Source: Callorhinchus milii (lineage: Eukaryota). Taken from it: DNA of 64,000 nt. Numbering within the stretch: position 1 is the first letter of the stretch; each line of letters opens with the position of its first letter. Location of the stretch: contig NW_024704742.1 in the NCBI RefSeq assembly GCF_018977255.1, positions 46,564,001-46,628,000 of the forward strand. The letters run 5' to 3'. Shown piece after piece: positions 13,590 to 26,164 of the stretch. The translations under genes were made by a program, and so were the position numbers. Below the pieces are notes generated by a model that saw nothing but the letters and a program-made list of their open reading frames with translations, did not search any database and was not told the origin of the DNA.

Positions 13590-14185
13590 ACAACAACAAA
13601 AACAACAACAGAATTACATTTGTAAAGCGCCTTTCACGTCAGGAGAATGTCCCAAGGCGCTGGACAGTCAGTGTTTCGGATCCAAGCTGGGGATCGGGAT
13701 TGGGGAGGGTGGAGGGCAGTGAGGGAAGCAGGATGATCGAAAGCATGGTCGAAGAGAAGGGTCTTCAGATGGGTCTTGAATGAGGCAAGGGAGGGGGCGA
13801 GGCGGAAGGACTGCTGGATGGAGTTCCAGAGGGTGGGGCAGAGTGGCAGAAGGCCCACCTGCCAATGGTGGGCTGGGAGAGGCGGGTGATGTGAACCAGG
13901 CCAGAGCCCGCTGAGGGAGCGAGCAGGATGGTAGGGGTTAGGAGGTCACACAGGAAGTGGGGAGCAAGGCCATGGAGGGCTTTGAAGGCGAGGACCAGGA
14001 TCTTGAAGTGTATCCTCTGTGTGATGGGAAGCCAGTGGAGTCAGACGAGGATGGGGGTGATAGGGTCACAGAGGCGGGTGTGGGAGAGGACATGGGCTGC
14101 AGAGTTCTGGATGATCTGCAGCCTATGGAGGGAGGAGCTGGGGAGGCCGACAAGCAGGGAGTTTGCATAGTCAAGCCTCAATGTT
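13590..14185 (-). mobile_element. L2 LINE 3' portion
   Basis: The minus strand encodes RLDYANSLLVGLP...LQIIQNSAA...HWLP...LWNSI...FKTHLKTLLF, with the (TTG)n tail at about 13590. Confidence 0.92.
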
Positions 14186-14762
14186 ATGACAGTTATCATA
14201 GTGAGCATCTCAAAATGACAATCATTGTGTAAACTTGATAAATCCATCAGCAAACAGGTTTGAGTTAAACGTTTGCAAAGCTTTGAATTACTAACCATTT
14301 TAATCGTATTGACCATGTTTCTGCAGCAAAAAGAAATACATCCCTTTTATTACACTCTTGCTTTCTTCAACTGGACTCATACTGCATGTAAAATAACAAC
14401 AGTAATAAATGCCACCTGGGCACTGCATAGCAATGTTGTGCCCCAATCCCACTGGTCACCCATTCCCCCACGTTGCTACATTGGCCTATGTTGCTCTAAC
14501 AATGAGATGCTAGTGGCTTGGTCCCCTCTGTTGACCATCAGTTTCTTTTCATGACAGCACATTAAATCAACAAATGTATGTCAGTTTCATCCCCCGCCCA
14601 AGTAGTGTCCAGCAATTGCAAACCAGAGTTTAAAAATGACAGCACGCACTCCCAACAGTAAAGTCAGGCACACGGAAAGCAACAAAAAGTATTGGAGCTA
14701 TGTACAGTATCCCACTTAAAATCTCAGAATTCCAGCCACTTGTTTCTAAATTGTAATAAATA

Positions 14763-15009
14763 TTTATTATTAGATTTCATATGTTGGAGTATAGTTTACA
14801 GATAAATGACCAAGGATAATGCTGTTGTAAGGCCTTATTCCCGGCATATTGCTTCATGCTAACCATTGCATTTTGCTATCCTACTCTTGGAAAAAAATTG
14901 GTTCTATTGCTGAATTGTTGTGAATCGGTGTTTAATGTTCACTGCACATGGACAGCCCAAGTCAAATGGATTATTATTTATAGGTGAAGTTTGGTTCAAG
15001 TGATTTATT
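14763..15009 (-). terminator. Candidate ARAP2 polyadenylation signals (AATAAA at 15004-15009 and 14763-14768)
   Basis: TTTATT on the + strand about 430 and 670 nt past the stop codon. Which one is used cannot be seen from sequence. Confidence 0.35.
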
Positions 15010-15435
15010 GCACTTCCAGGGATTGAATCTGGCTGGCAAACTGGCGTTTAAACTGGAGGCTGTTGTACAGAATACAACTCTTCTCAATCCCCCTAATGTG
15101 TTCACACTAAAATTTAATGTGAGCTCCAAAGATGTCAAACACAATGTGGTGGTTAAACATTAACAAGGGAAAAGCATAAGGTGTATACGCTCCAAATCCA
15201 GTAGTGAGTATTTCTGTTGATCCAGAGCTGCTATTAAAACAATGCAACTGGATTTGATGCAAGCTTTACCTTGATGTTCATTAAATAAGGAGCGAATGAG
15301 AAAATGTAAACAGCTGTAAATCATTTGAACAGCCTAGTTTAGAGTTCCGATTTTAGGCAATTTCCTAGAACAAAAATTCACATGAAAATTTTTTTTTAAA
15401 ATAAGTAACATTGGATTAATATTAATAGTGATTAT

Positions 15436-15768
15436 TCATTCTTCACCAGTGATTTTTTTTTTTAGAAACACCGAGTTTAACTCCTGCATGAGTTTTGAAT
15501 GCAGTCTTGGGTCAGCCTCCAAAACTGTTTTATTAGAGATGACTTCTGGTCGACCTCGAACTGGTGGTGCTCTCCCATGTTTTGACTTTGCGCTGCTATG
15601 CAAGAAATCTGTTTGACCTGCGTATAAAGCAAGCCTGGTTGGCTGCTGTCCAGTGGCAGGGGAAACAGCTGATGATTCTAGGCAGGCAGCCATGTGAGAT
15701 GATCTTCCTAGTGTATCCTCGCGAAATGTCTGGCGAAGTACATGGTTTAGCTTCAACTTCCCATAGTC
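15436..15768 (-). CDS. ARAP2: ARAP2 terminal coding exon (110 aa + TGA): DYGKLKL...SNKTVLEADPRLHSKLMQELNSVFLKKKITGEE*
   Basis: Part of ORF 15436..15789 after acceptor ttatttttgcag (phase 0). The C-terminus resembles recalled ARAP2 NSKATLDSDHKLPSRVIEELNVVLQR. Confidence 0.88.
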   Translation of the reverse strand, partial: DYGKLKLNHVLRQTFREDTLGRSSHMAACLESSAVSPATGQQPTRLALYAGQTDFLHSSAKSKHGRAPPVRGRPEVISNKTVLEADPRLHSKLMQELNSVFLKKKITGEE

Positions 15769-15824
15769 CTGCAAAAATAAGTTAATCACTTAATTTAAGG
15801 CAACACTTAATTGCAAAACCTCAG

Positions 15825-16165
15825 CAAGCAGAAACCATCACCATTTAAGAGCACCCAAACCAGAGAGTTCCATATATGTACGTCACTTATGCATGAAACA
15901 TTCCCATGTCTGGAATGGAACTCACACTCTCTCCCCAGAGGGACTCATCTGCTTACTTAATTCCAGAGAGTATTAGGTACAGGCTGATGAGTGCCAAGGC
16001 TTGGGGACTCCAGAGCGTGCGTTGAGTTAATGCTGGAGTTTAACCAGCTAATTTTATTCTCTGGCAAGCTTACCGCTACTTGATCAACTAGGACTACCCT
16101 ACCCATTCGAGCCTTCACTTAAGAAGGTTAACAAGCCAAATTGGAAGAATCCCTGTCTCCCCTTG
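15825..16165. repeat. Unclassified interspersed repeat, copy 1
   Basis: Collinear similarity to 31195-31545, with shared blocks gccaagg(c/t)ttggggac, gagtttaac(c/t)agctaa, tctggcaagct and ggttaaca. Confidence 0.75.
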
Positions 16166-17947
16166 AGATCAGCACAGAGGATTGAATCAATTCAAACATT
16201 GCCAGGCACATTGGAGCCAGCTCAGTCCAAAGCTCAGTTCAAAGCAGACAAGGCGGACAGTCACCAGTTAACCTATTTTTACATTAGAATCGCCCGTCAA
16301 TAAATAATGGTACTCTGAAAGCCTTAATATAAGTATGGGGGGGAGGGGTATGTAATCCTCATAAAATGTTTAGTGTTTGCAATGCAGTGTTAGCTCTATA
16401 ATATTCATTTTATAATTTGAAAGGTTTTAATATTTAATATTATGTTTCCACAGCATTTCTATATTGATATGATTTTTGGGGTTAAAATATGAAAAATTGA
16501 CTATATGGATTTTCTCAGTGCTGGTCTTGAAAGATTTCAGTATTGCATACTTTGATGAACTGAGACATCCTTCATCCAGAAGAACGTAGACATAAGTTGG
16601 TTAGAGCTTTTTGTAAATTAATTTACCAATGCTGCAGGTTTACATCTTTACATCGTAAGGAGCATTGGGTGAAGTCAAAGTCAGCTTTTGTCACTTTGTT
16701 TTCTTCACTGTGGTGAGGAGATGTGCTGCTGATGCTGGAGGTAACTAAGGAGGTGAGTCCAATCTCTTTCGACTTTGTGGAACCATATGCTGTAACAGAC
16801 TTGTTACAGCTTTCTTGTACATTATTCATCAAGTATTTGCTGTGAGCAAGCAATCTATCTCACTTGGTGCAGGTAAAGAGCCCAAGGTACAATCAACATG
16901 CTGAACAAAGCATCCTATTTTGACGACAAACATTAACGGCACCAATTCTTCCAATCCACAACTGTAAAACTCTTCCAAGTACTTCAAGGCAAGTTTCTAT
17001 GACATTCTTCAGTCTTATTAATTGGTGCAGAAAATTCCCTAAACCAGTGTGAAACATGACATGTCTGCATTTTCTTATGAGAGGAAATGGACTAAAGCAT
17101 TATTAAAGAACCCTGTGCTATACATATAACGTGGTGATCAATGGTCTCTTTATATTCAAACCTAATTCCATCATTACAACGTTTTCAAGGGAGTCTGAAG
17201 AGACACTTAATAATTCTCTCCAACAGCCAGTTAATCCACGGTGTCATGATATCTAGTGATTTAGATTGGCAGATTTCCTTCCTGTCGTGGAATATCTCAC
17301 AGGAAAACTTTCCTGAGCTATGTTCATCTAATGAACTAGATATTCATCTAATAAACAGGATGAAAATTGCTTTCCTGAGTTTCATTTCTAATGATCCCTA
17401 CCCAGCCTAAATGGGTAAACTTATGCAAGGACATCAAGTAGAAATCCTGGTATAGATGTGTTGACCAAAAACATTTCCTAAACTATTACCAGTTTAACAC
17501 TGCACAAGCAGCGGTAAGATATGCACCCATAGATTGCCTCAACGTTTGCCAATGTGTGGAAAATGTCATGGTCAGTTAAGAGTCCAAACGCAGATACATT
17601 CATACATTTCATTGAATAGCAAAAGGAAATTACATTCTGCTCTTGCTCAGTGCTGCTTCTGCTCTGAATCTTATTCAGATGATCAACAATGACCTCAATA
17701 GACATACAATTGAAATCTCAAGGTAATATCCTGATACTTTTTCTGTGTATCCTTTTCCATTTGGGCACATTATTAGAAGAGGGATTGCTGAAACTGGAAA
17801 CGTTTTGAAAAATAAACCAATGGGCATATTGGACATGTCCAAAACACACACTCTGAGATCAGCAGCTACAGACCTAATATTATTTAACATTCCAACTACC
17901 ATACATGTTCTCTGTATGCTTCACTGCCTCATATTCTGATTAAAATT

Positions 17948-18090
17948 ATAGAATTAAACAGCACAGAAGGAGGCCATTCAGTCCATTGTATCTGTGCCGG
18001 CTCTTTTAAAAGAGCTATCCAAATCAATCCCACTCTTCCGCTCTCTCCCCATAGCCCTGCAAACTTGTCTGCCCCAAATAATTATCTACT
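17948..18090 (-). mobile_element. CR1 LINE 3' end
   Basis: atagaatt..acagcacagaaggaggccattc... is the same family as 31955. Confidence 0.85.
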
Positions 18091-18673
18091 ATATTAATAT
18101 ATATATTAATTAGAAAAAAATGTATTTTGGGGGGAAGGGTTCAGTCAAAAGCAGGTAATGTAAAACTATGTAAGGACCAGAGTTAAGATGAGAACTCAAT
18201 GTTAGAGGTGGTTAGACTCAGAAACCTGCCCAATGTTTATTTACCTTCTCAGAATGGTTGTGCTGATATATTTGCCTTGCAATTCACTGCCAACCAACCA
18301 TTACCCAATTTTTCATTTCTCCAAATATTGACAATACTGATTAAACGTGATTATTTACAAGTCCCTTTTGATAACATTCATCTTAAAAACATACCAATTG
18401 AAGGGTTTTAGAACACTGCTCCATAGCTGATTCGTGATACTCAGGATTAATCACAATATTCAAAATATTATTGTAAAAAGCCAATTTAATGAATTAAAGA
18501 TGAACATAACAGTTTATTTTACATTTGATGTGAATATTCCATTTCATCTCTATTAATCGTATTTGCTGTTTTTCACATTTTAATAAAAGATTTCAATTTA
18601 GTGTGACAGAAGGAATTCCATGATTTAGGAGAATCTTCAGAACACAGCGATGACTTATTTACAAGTAACTTAC

Positions 18674-18805
18674 CTGTGGTCGTTCTGTTTTTCTTGTTTC
18701 AGCCTTTTTTTGGATTGGTGTTAAACTCTTGCTGCAAAGTTTTGCATTTAACATCAAAGAGGTAATTGGGATCTTTCCAAGTGCCGGCCAAAGGTCACCT
18801 TCATG
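18674..18805 (-). CDS. ARAP2: ARAP2 penultimate coding exon: HEGDLWPALGKIPITSLMLNAKLCSKSLTPIQKKAETRKTERPQ
   Basis: Starts with the ARAP HExDxWP motif and contains LxPIQ. Acceptor tgtgtttctgcag, donor gtaagt, 132 nt, open frame. Confidence 0.9.
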
Positions 18806-21041
18806 CTGCAGAAACACAAAAGATGTTTTTTTTCTCCCCCGATCTACGAAAGATAAATCTCTGCACTATTCTCAGAACTAAAATCCACCCTGTTGTTTAA
18901 TATTAATGTTGCCAAAGAGCTTGATATCAGTATTAAGTCCTTTGGCAACATCGTTCTGAAGTGCAGACAGAATTACAAAATCATGCACTGATAGCTCACG
19001 TCCATTAGTTTAGAATCAAAATCACTTTATTTGAATGACACATTCAATTTTCTTTCATCAAACTCGGCAGAACAAGTTTCTGCCGTGCCACATACCTCGC
19101 ATGACATATTTTCAGCGAGTTACTGGTTATATTTTAGTTTTCTTAGATTATTTATTGATGAATCAGTGGATAGGTTATAAACTTTATTTTTTGGATTATT
19201 GCTTCTAACAAGCTGCAATGCATCAACAAATCTACTATCCCTTTACTGTCAATAGACCAAAATCTATTTAAGTCACATCCTGATATTACACAAGTCCCAT
19301 AATCAGCTAGAAAGTTCAATAGCTAAATCTCGCAAGTTAAGAGTTTAATTATGTTATAACTTGAACACAATGTAAATAGTTTAGCATTGAATTGATTTGG
19401 GATGAAACAGGCAAGAAACACTGCAATTTTCCATCCATATCTAAAGACTCAAAAGATGGCTGCAGGTGTCTTCTTTCCCCCTCCCTCACTAACTTAGGCA
19501 AAATGATTGGGATTGAAATCGTTTCATGATCTTCACTGTGGTCAACAATTTTTGTTCCCAATCCTGCAGTTTCAATGTTTCTTCACAGGCTACCTATTCA
19601 ACTCAATCTGAGTAAAAAGTGTATCCTGTGAGTAGCATAGACATGTGACCGCTAACAACGGTGGGGGTTCTGAAAACTTTGGACTTTGCAAAATGGTTGG
19701 GCTTGAAGATTTTAACACTGAAATGTATGTTTGACTACATTTCAGTACTTCGTTATGGAATACCAGCTTACGTCAATCGGCATCCTGTGAATCATCACTG
19801 AAACTATGACTCCAGGGTCAGGAACAGGACTTATGAGAATGCTAGCTGGAAACAAAGATGTGGGAACCTGCTCTAGAAGCAAACATGGTAACAAACTTGT
19901 CGGGGGGACAACAGAGTCTTTAGGAATAACTGGAAAATTGTAATGTTTCATAACACATTCATAGTGCATTCATTCCATAATGCATGAAACCTCCCTTTTT
20001 TTATCTCTGTAAATCTTTCCTGTTCTGTGACTGGCTCTGTATTAGGAGCTGACTAAATTAATATGCATCCCTTGTCTCACGCTCAAGATTTCAGCAGAAT
20101 GCATGCAACTGCACTGTTAACTTGTCAATAAGCCTAGAACAAATCTTCCAATGCTTAATGAGTTATCCTTCAAAGATCGGCTGTAACCTTTAAACTTGTG
20201 TTTCTGTGGCATAACCTCTTGTAGTTGTGAAGGATTCGGTCAGAATGTTATGCCCGTTTCCATAGAAACTACAGAATTCAATGTACTAACAAGCACTTGT
20301 AAAAATGAAGGATTTAAAAGTGAAGCTTTCAAGATGTTTAATATTCCTCTGAGCGTATTCCTAGCAAAGCTGCATTGCTCCACGGAGCTATCATTAAAAA
20401 GATTTTGCACTTCAAGACAGTGAAATAAACTAAACAATTACCGGTGCTGGAAACCAGTTCTCACTTTCACTAACTACATATGTTTTTAAGCAATGCTTTC
20501 CATCCATTTAAAAAAATACTTCAACTTGATTCAAATTGCACTACACAGTCAAGAAAGAATTGAAAGGCTTACATTGAGAGTTAAACCAAGCTTTTATATT
20601 TGTTCTGTTTTGAGAACCAGCACCATGTACCTTTATATAAACCAGTCAATGCTTTACTTCGTAGCCTGCAGGTCATTAACACTAGGGTACTAATGGCTAC
20701 TAACGTTTTGAGTTTGGTAACACACCCTTAAAAGTAGTAGCCAAAAGCTGCTTAAATATCAATGTCCAAAACATTTGGTGCTGCCTTCTACTGAAACATA
20801 TGAAGCTAAAAGATGCTGACCATTAACATTTATTTCTAAGAGTAATACTGACAAGAATAATAATCCTTACATTTAATATAGCACCTTTCATGTTGGGAGG
20901 ATATTTTAAAGCTTCACAGGATAAATTGTCTAGTGGAGTGACTACAAAAGTGAATTTGTAAGCGAATGTAGCATATTAAAAGAATAATGATTTAAGATAT
21001 TTAATATAGAAGAATAACTAGGGCTCCACTCAGTTTCTTAC

Positions 21042-21105
21042 CTGCGCGATCAGCAAACTGGCCAGCCATCCTGTATAAGTTTCTTCTTTATCACAGCACA
21101 AATAC
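21042..21105 (-). CDS. ARAP2: ARAP2 coding exon (PH5 terminal helix): YLCCDKEETYTGWLASLLIAQ
   Basis: Matches recalled HLCCDSSRTQTEWMTSIFIAQ and retains the invariant PH-domain Trp. Acceptor tttacctatag, donor gtaaga, 64 nt, phase 2->0. Confidence 0.94.
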
Positions 21106-21976
21106 CTATAGGTAAACAATGATAATATTGTTTTCATTTGATATAGTACCTTATCACATCAACACATTTTGTTTTAATTTAACATTACCAATATGAGATT
21201 TCAATATGACATTACCTGCTCAAAATAGATTATTTAATTTTTGTGAAATCCATTTATAGTACAGCCCCATTATAAAATTCTAACTCGTGTTATAAAGGGA
21301 TGTGATTGTTAGTCAGTGTTTCCGCATTCACTGTGCGCGCCATCTGGCTCCCCGCATTGAAAAAATTATCTCTGAATCACCTGGTCTTTGTGATTTGTAT
21401 TGGATTGTGTTGTGTTGTATTGCGTTGTATTGCTGAAGTAATATCAGTGGTGACCTGATGATCTGGAAATCAGACATTTCTTGGCATATGAGAAGCCGGG
21501 CAGTAGCTTGAGGCAGAAGGTTACGGTTACATATTTGGGATTTTTTTTAAGTAAGTAAAATGACAGGCTCCACACCCCAATTGTGCCATAAGCAAACCTG
21601 TTATTGTTTAGTCTCTTACATTTCCAACTATTATCAACTATTATTCATTTGCTTCGATTTCCTTCTCTGAATCTCTTCATTTCTATCCTTTCAAGTATTA
21701 AACACACTTACATAAATTTACATAGATTGTACAGTACAAAAACGGGTTATTTGGCTCACGAGTTTGGAATCACAAAAATACTTGCTATATTCTTCATTCC
21801 CACACAAGTCTCCACCCTCCATATCCTTGTATTCCTTTCTTGCTCATAATCTTTGTCATGCTTAATGTTAGTCTCAATTTGGTATTAAACATCTGCCTTG
21901 CCAGGGAAAATATCTTTGAGCTAGTCTTCACAAGGAATAAGTTGTGTTGAGTCCAGAATGTGAATTCAATACTTAC

Positions 21977-22012
21977 CATTGTTGTTTTTCTGCATAAAGA
22001 GTAAAGCCCAGG
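21977..22012 (-). CDS. ARAP2: ARAP2 36-nt coding exon (PH5): SLGFTLYAEKQQW
   Basis: Matches recalled SWGLTAYSEKHHW. Acceptor ttacacag, donor gtaagt. Phase 2->2 fits both neighbouring exons. Confidence 0.9.
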
Positions 22013-23094
22013 CTGTGTAATCGAGAGAGAAAGAGAGAGACAGATTATCATGGGATTTCTTTTGTGCCCTTCAGAAGGTACTAAATACAAGGGAAGCAAG
22101 AAGCAGCATCAGTAATGGGATGCATTGAATATGGAAGATCTGAGGGTTGGTTCTGAGCGTGACATCTGCAGCAGATGACAAGTCTAGAAACTCAGAATTT
22201 AAAAGGTAATGTCACATAAACAGAAAATATAAACGTGGCTAAAATATGGGATACACTATGCATGTAAAGCTCTTATAGCACAGGATTTGCTTTCATTTGC
22301 TGTACCTACCATCTAATGGATTACTTAAGTGCATCTCTGATTCAGAAACCCATTTAAACCCATTCTAAATGCATATTCCAATGCGGGCAAAGAATTTATG
22401 CTTTCTATTGTCACTTTCATGTGGATTATTAGTGATATTATGATTCAGTTTAAGTGCAAATGCATCAAACTACTTTTGGACTAATAGCCTTGATACACTT
22501 GAACAGTTTGACTGAAAAGCTTTGAAACACTTGATGATTTCTCACAATAAGAGTCATGATTTCCAAACCACAGACAAGTACTGTTTAGATTGACATATGA
22601 GAAAACATAAGCAAAGAATTCTGGGGCTATATTTTATCCAGAGACAGTTTTACCGAATGAATAGTAATTTGAAAGGAGGGGAAATTTTTTATTTTTAAAT
22701 AAAGTAAAATTCAAATATTGAATCTGTTAGCTGATAAAACAGGCACAATCAACATGTGTAAGATACAAATGTGGTAACACAAATGTATAATTACAGTGGA
22801 ATGACACTATCTGCATCCCAACTATCTGCATGTTCTCCACATGAGCAAGTCAACATTTAAAAAAAAGTATGTAAGCGCGTGCATGCATACTGAGTTAGGA
22901 CTGGAAGATAATTTGGGTTAGTACTACAGTCAATTTGTACTTTGTTGTTGTTGGATGATGACCCAATGAATATTAAACTGTCACTGATAAACTCTGCATT
23001 GTGCTGCTGCAATACGGAAAAGAGAATTGTATTTTGTATTGGTGAAGCTGCAAGCACAGTGATAAATGTAGTTCGCAAGTTAGTGTGTCCTTAC

Positions 23095-23177
23095 CTACAT
23101 GGAGACTTCAGTCTCCTTTTCAGGCCAAGGTAAAACTTTAAGGATTTGATGAGCACTTCTCTCTCTGGTTTGTTGCT
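23095..23177 (-). CDS. ARAP2: ARAP2 coding exon (PH5): SNKPEREVLIKSLKFYLGLKRRLKSPC
   Basis: ARAP-family KPE(R/K)E...LKxYLGxKKKLKPP pattern. Acceptor cattttccag, donor gtaagg, 83 nt, phase 0->2. Confidence 0.93.
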
Positions 23178-24649
23178 CTGGAAAATGAACACATTTTAAT
23201 TAGATAGTGATCAGAGAAAGGTCTGATCAATAAATGTTATTGGATCATTAAGCTGGTATTCCCAAAATCTGCTCAGTATTCATTAAGTAAAACATTACTG
23301 GCTGAATACTGATATCTAATATCGCATTTATTATAGATGCAATAAAATTGGATCAAGCATTCTCACAATAATATAACATTTTGCACTTGCTTAGAGTATA
23401 AGAATAATGTAAATGGCAAGGTAATGTTTGATTTGAAAAAAATTACCATTGTGTACTTGCTTTTAATGGGCACTTGAATATGTGAAGGAATGTAATTCTG
23501 CTCACCCTCCCCACCTGACATTTGATCAAAGCAGATCTGCCAATACGAGGGATTGGGCACCTTTTCTATTTAAGTAGCTGGTATCACCATCAAACACTCC
23601 CAAATCAAGAACAAGACAGGCAATGTTAAAACTAGCATGATACAAAAGCTTGCATAATTTGATGTCATGTTTCTATGCAATTTATTGAGCAAAACAAAGT
23701 TTGAAGTGAAATCAAATTGTGCCTCTGCTTTGTAGCAGTGCAATACTTCATGATCAGAACACACCTTTTTAGAGTCAGTTTCTATATGATGATTAGTGAT
23801 ATTATGATCCATTTAAAATTCAAACGTGAATGATGTGATTTACAAACTTGGAGGAATATATCCTTGGTGACAAAGGTCACATTAGCATCTGCGAAAAAGG
23901 AAGGTGCAATGAAAGCCACACTTGGTTTTCTTTGATGCCAAATTTTCAAGTAGAAAACTTATGTAAATGTTTTAAATCAGCCGAGTAGTGCAGGTTAAAG
24001 GATTTACAGCATCGTCACTTGTTGGTTTCGCTTTCAAAGGTAACAAGGTTGGCTGGTGTTGAGGAAACAAAAAGTTCTCTTCAATGGTTGCTAATACCCA
24101 TGTACTGACTTTTATTATGCACATGAAATGAGTTAGCTGGGGAATAAAATCTTCACATAACCTCAGCCTTTTTCAGCCTAAAGATCCACAACACCAGATT
24201 TGGTGCAGTGGCGCCAAGAATACAATACAATTTACATTTATATATTTATAAATTTGGTTGGGCCTTCTATGCCTTTCACTTCTGGAGGATGTCTCAAAGC
24301 ACTTAACACTGCTGGCTGGGAACCCAACCTGGAAGCCAAAGGAGGTGGAGTGGGGAAAGATGACCAAAAAGTGCGCGGTCAAAGAGATACGTTTTGAGAC
24401 AAGCCTTGAGACAATCTTAACCAAGCCTGCAGGATAAGGACATATTCCCTGCAGCCTGCAACCACATCCTTGAAACCTGTGGCGCATTTTAATTTCTTTG
24501 CAAAGTGCTGCACGACTACCCTGCTCTCCTGTCACAAAGATCTTGCTGTTATTCCAATTGTGTACAGGGACACATTTGCTATATCTCCGTTCATCAACAT
24601 TGCTAGAGATTTGCTGTGGAACATTAGTTGTTTTTTTTCTTTAAAAAGA

Positions 24650-24836
24650 ACAGTTGTTGCTGATCAATGTTAAACTGAAACACTCCAGGACTAAAACTGC
24701 TCACAACAGACAATTTTGCTGATCAATATTAACCTGAAACACTCCAGTACTAAAACTGCTCACAACAGACACTGTTGCTGATCAATATTAACCTGAAACA
24801 CTCCAGTACTAAAACTGCTCACAACAGACACTGTTC
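24650..24836. repeat. Minisatellite, 59-bp unit, about 3.1 copies
   Basis: Unit tgttgctgatcaatattaacctgaaacactccagtactaaaactgctcacaacagacac recurs with period 59. Confidence 0.95.
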
Positions 24837-25164
24837 GCACCATTTCAACAAGCTGCAATGCCATCTGCAGCTTTTCTTTGCGTCAATATTTAAATTGTTT
24901 ATTTGTTTCTATCCCTCTTAGTTACCCAGTTATTTTCTTTCCAGATAGACAATGATGTAACTTTATCTGAATGAGATTGAGTTATAATTCCAAATCAACT
25001 ATATGCCACATTCCCAACATTCCATGTGAATGGACACAACGTTCACAGAACAGGTACATATGGGAACATAGGAAAACAACAAGAACAAAATTGGATTTGT
25101 GTAGCACCTATCACGTCGGGAGGACGTCCCAAGGCGCTGAAGGAGCATGAGGGGGCTTCAGCAT

Positions 25165-25430
25165 ATTCACCAGTTTATCAGATCTTGGCAGATCTGTTAA
25201 TCCCAATGCCCCGTCCTTTCACCAGAACCGCTTACACTTCTTCCACCCAAGCATCTATCCATTGCTTTTTTAAACACTGCTACTGATTTCACCTCTGCAG
25301 CTTTCTGGGGCAGAGCAATTCACACCTTCACAACTCTCTCTGAAGAAATGCTCCCTGACCTCAGTTCTAACTGCCTTGATTCCGATTTTAAGGATACGAG
25401 ACCTTGTGACAGATGCCTCCACCAAACGGA
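25165..25430 (-). mobile_element. Degraded CR1 3' fragment
   Basis: The minus strand has remnants of F.QRVV..WN.LP and FK..DR. Confidence 0.6.
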
Positions 25431-25489
25431 TGAGTCATCTACTAACATATCAATTCTTTTTATTCTTGCCACTCACCCACTCCTTACAC

Positions 25490-26150
25490 TCTTTTGCCCC
25501 CATTTCTCCCTCTCAACCACAATCACCCAGATGAAGTTCACCACCTGCTACCTCGACCCCCTCTCCACCCAGCTGCTGGTCACTCAACTCGCCCTCCTCT
25601 CCCCCCTGCTGGCAGACATGGTCAACCAGTCTCTCTCCTCAGGCTCTGTTCCATTCCCCCTGAAAACGACTATCATCACACCCCTCCTCAAAAACCCCAC
25701 CCTCGATCCCTCTAATCTCTCACAGTACCCTCCCATTTCCAACCTACCCTTCCTTGCCAAAATCCTGGAACCCATTGTTTCAGGACAATTTCAGTCACAC
25801 CTCTCCCTCCAATCCCTCCTCGAGCCCCTGCAGTCTGGTTTTCACCTGCCCACAGCAAGGAGACAGCGCTTGTCAAAGTCACAAATGATATTCTCTCTAT
25901 TCTGTGACCAGGGCTCCCTCTGCCTCCTCGTCCTCCTGGATCTCTCTGCCGAGTTCAACACATGTCATCCTCCTCCACCGCATCTCCTCCCTCATCCACC
26001 TGAATGGGACCACACTTGCATTGTTCGAGTCATACTTAACCAACTGCCTCTATTTCATCTCGGCAAATGATTTCTCCCCCTGCCCCCACCAGGTCACCTG
26101 CGGGTTACTCCAGTGGATGAGTGCAAACTTCCTACAGTTGAGGTCAAACA
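25490..26150 (+). mobile_element. L2 LINE ORF2 (RT N-terminal) fragment
   Basis: ORF 25348..26070 contains TTCYLDPL, PLLKNPTLDPSNLSQYPPISNLPFLAKILE, LEPLQSGF and LLVLLDLSAEF. Confidence 0.92.
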
Positions 26151-26164
26151 AGACTTCAAGATTC

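Noticed and set aside
16623..16853. 76-aa Ser/Thr-rich minus-strand ORF in the last ARAP2 intron as an alternative terminal exon
   Set aside because: The nearby AG acceptors are not phase 0 as the upstream exon requires, an in-frame stop lies just upstream, and there is no recognisable homology.
16900..17900. Protein-like fragments on the minus strand (e.g. FLHQLIRLKNVIETCL, IEVIVDHLNKIQSR), possibly an old transposase
   Set aside because: No ordered set of diagnostic motifs could be recognised. It needs a translated search.
19717..19746. Perfect 11-bp hairpin ACTGAAATGTA/TACATTTCAGT (also an 8-bp stem at 19065-19085)
   Set aside because: Too short for a pre-miRNA, with no associated element termini, so plausibly chance.
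23095..23098. Alternative donor 4 nt upstream (CCAT|GTAG|GTAAGG)
   Set aside because: It would shift the frame. The downstream GTAAGG donor is stronger and phase-compatible.
24650..24836. CRISPR-like array
   Set aside because: Head-to-tail tandem units with no unique spacers, in a eukaryotic intron.
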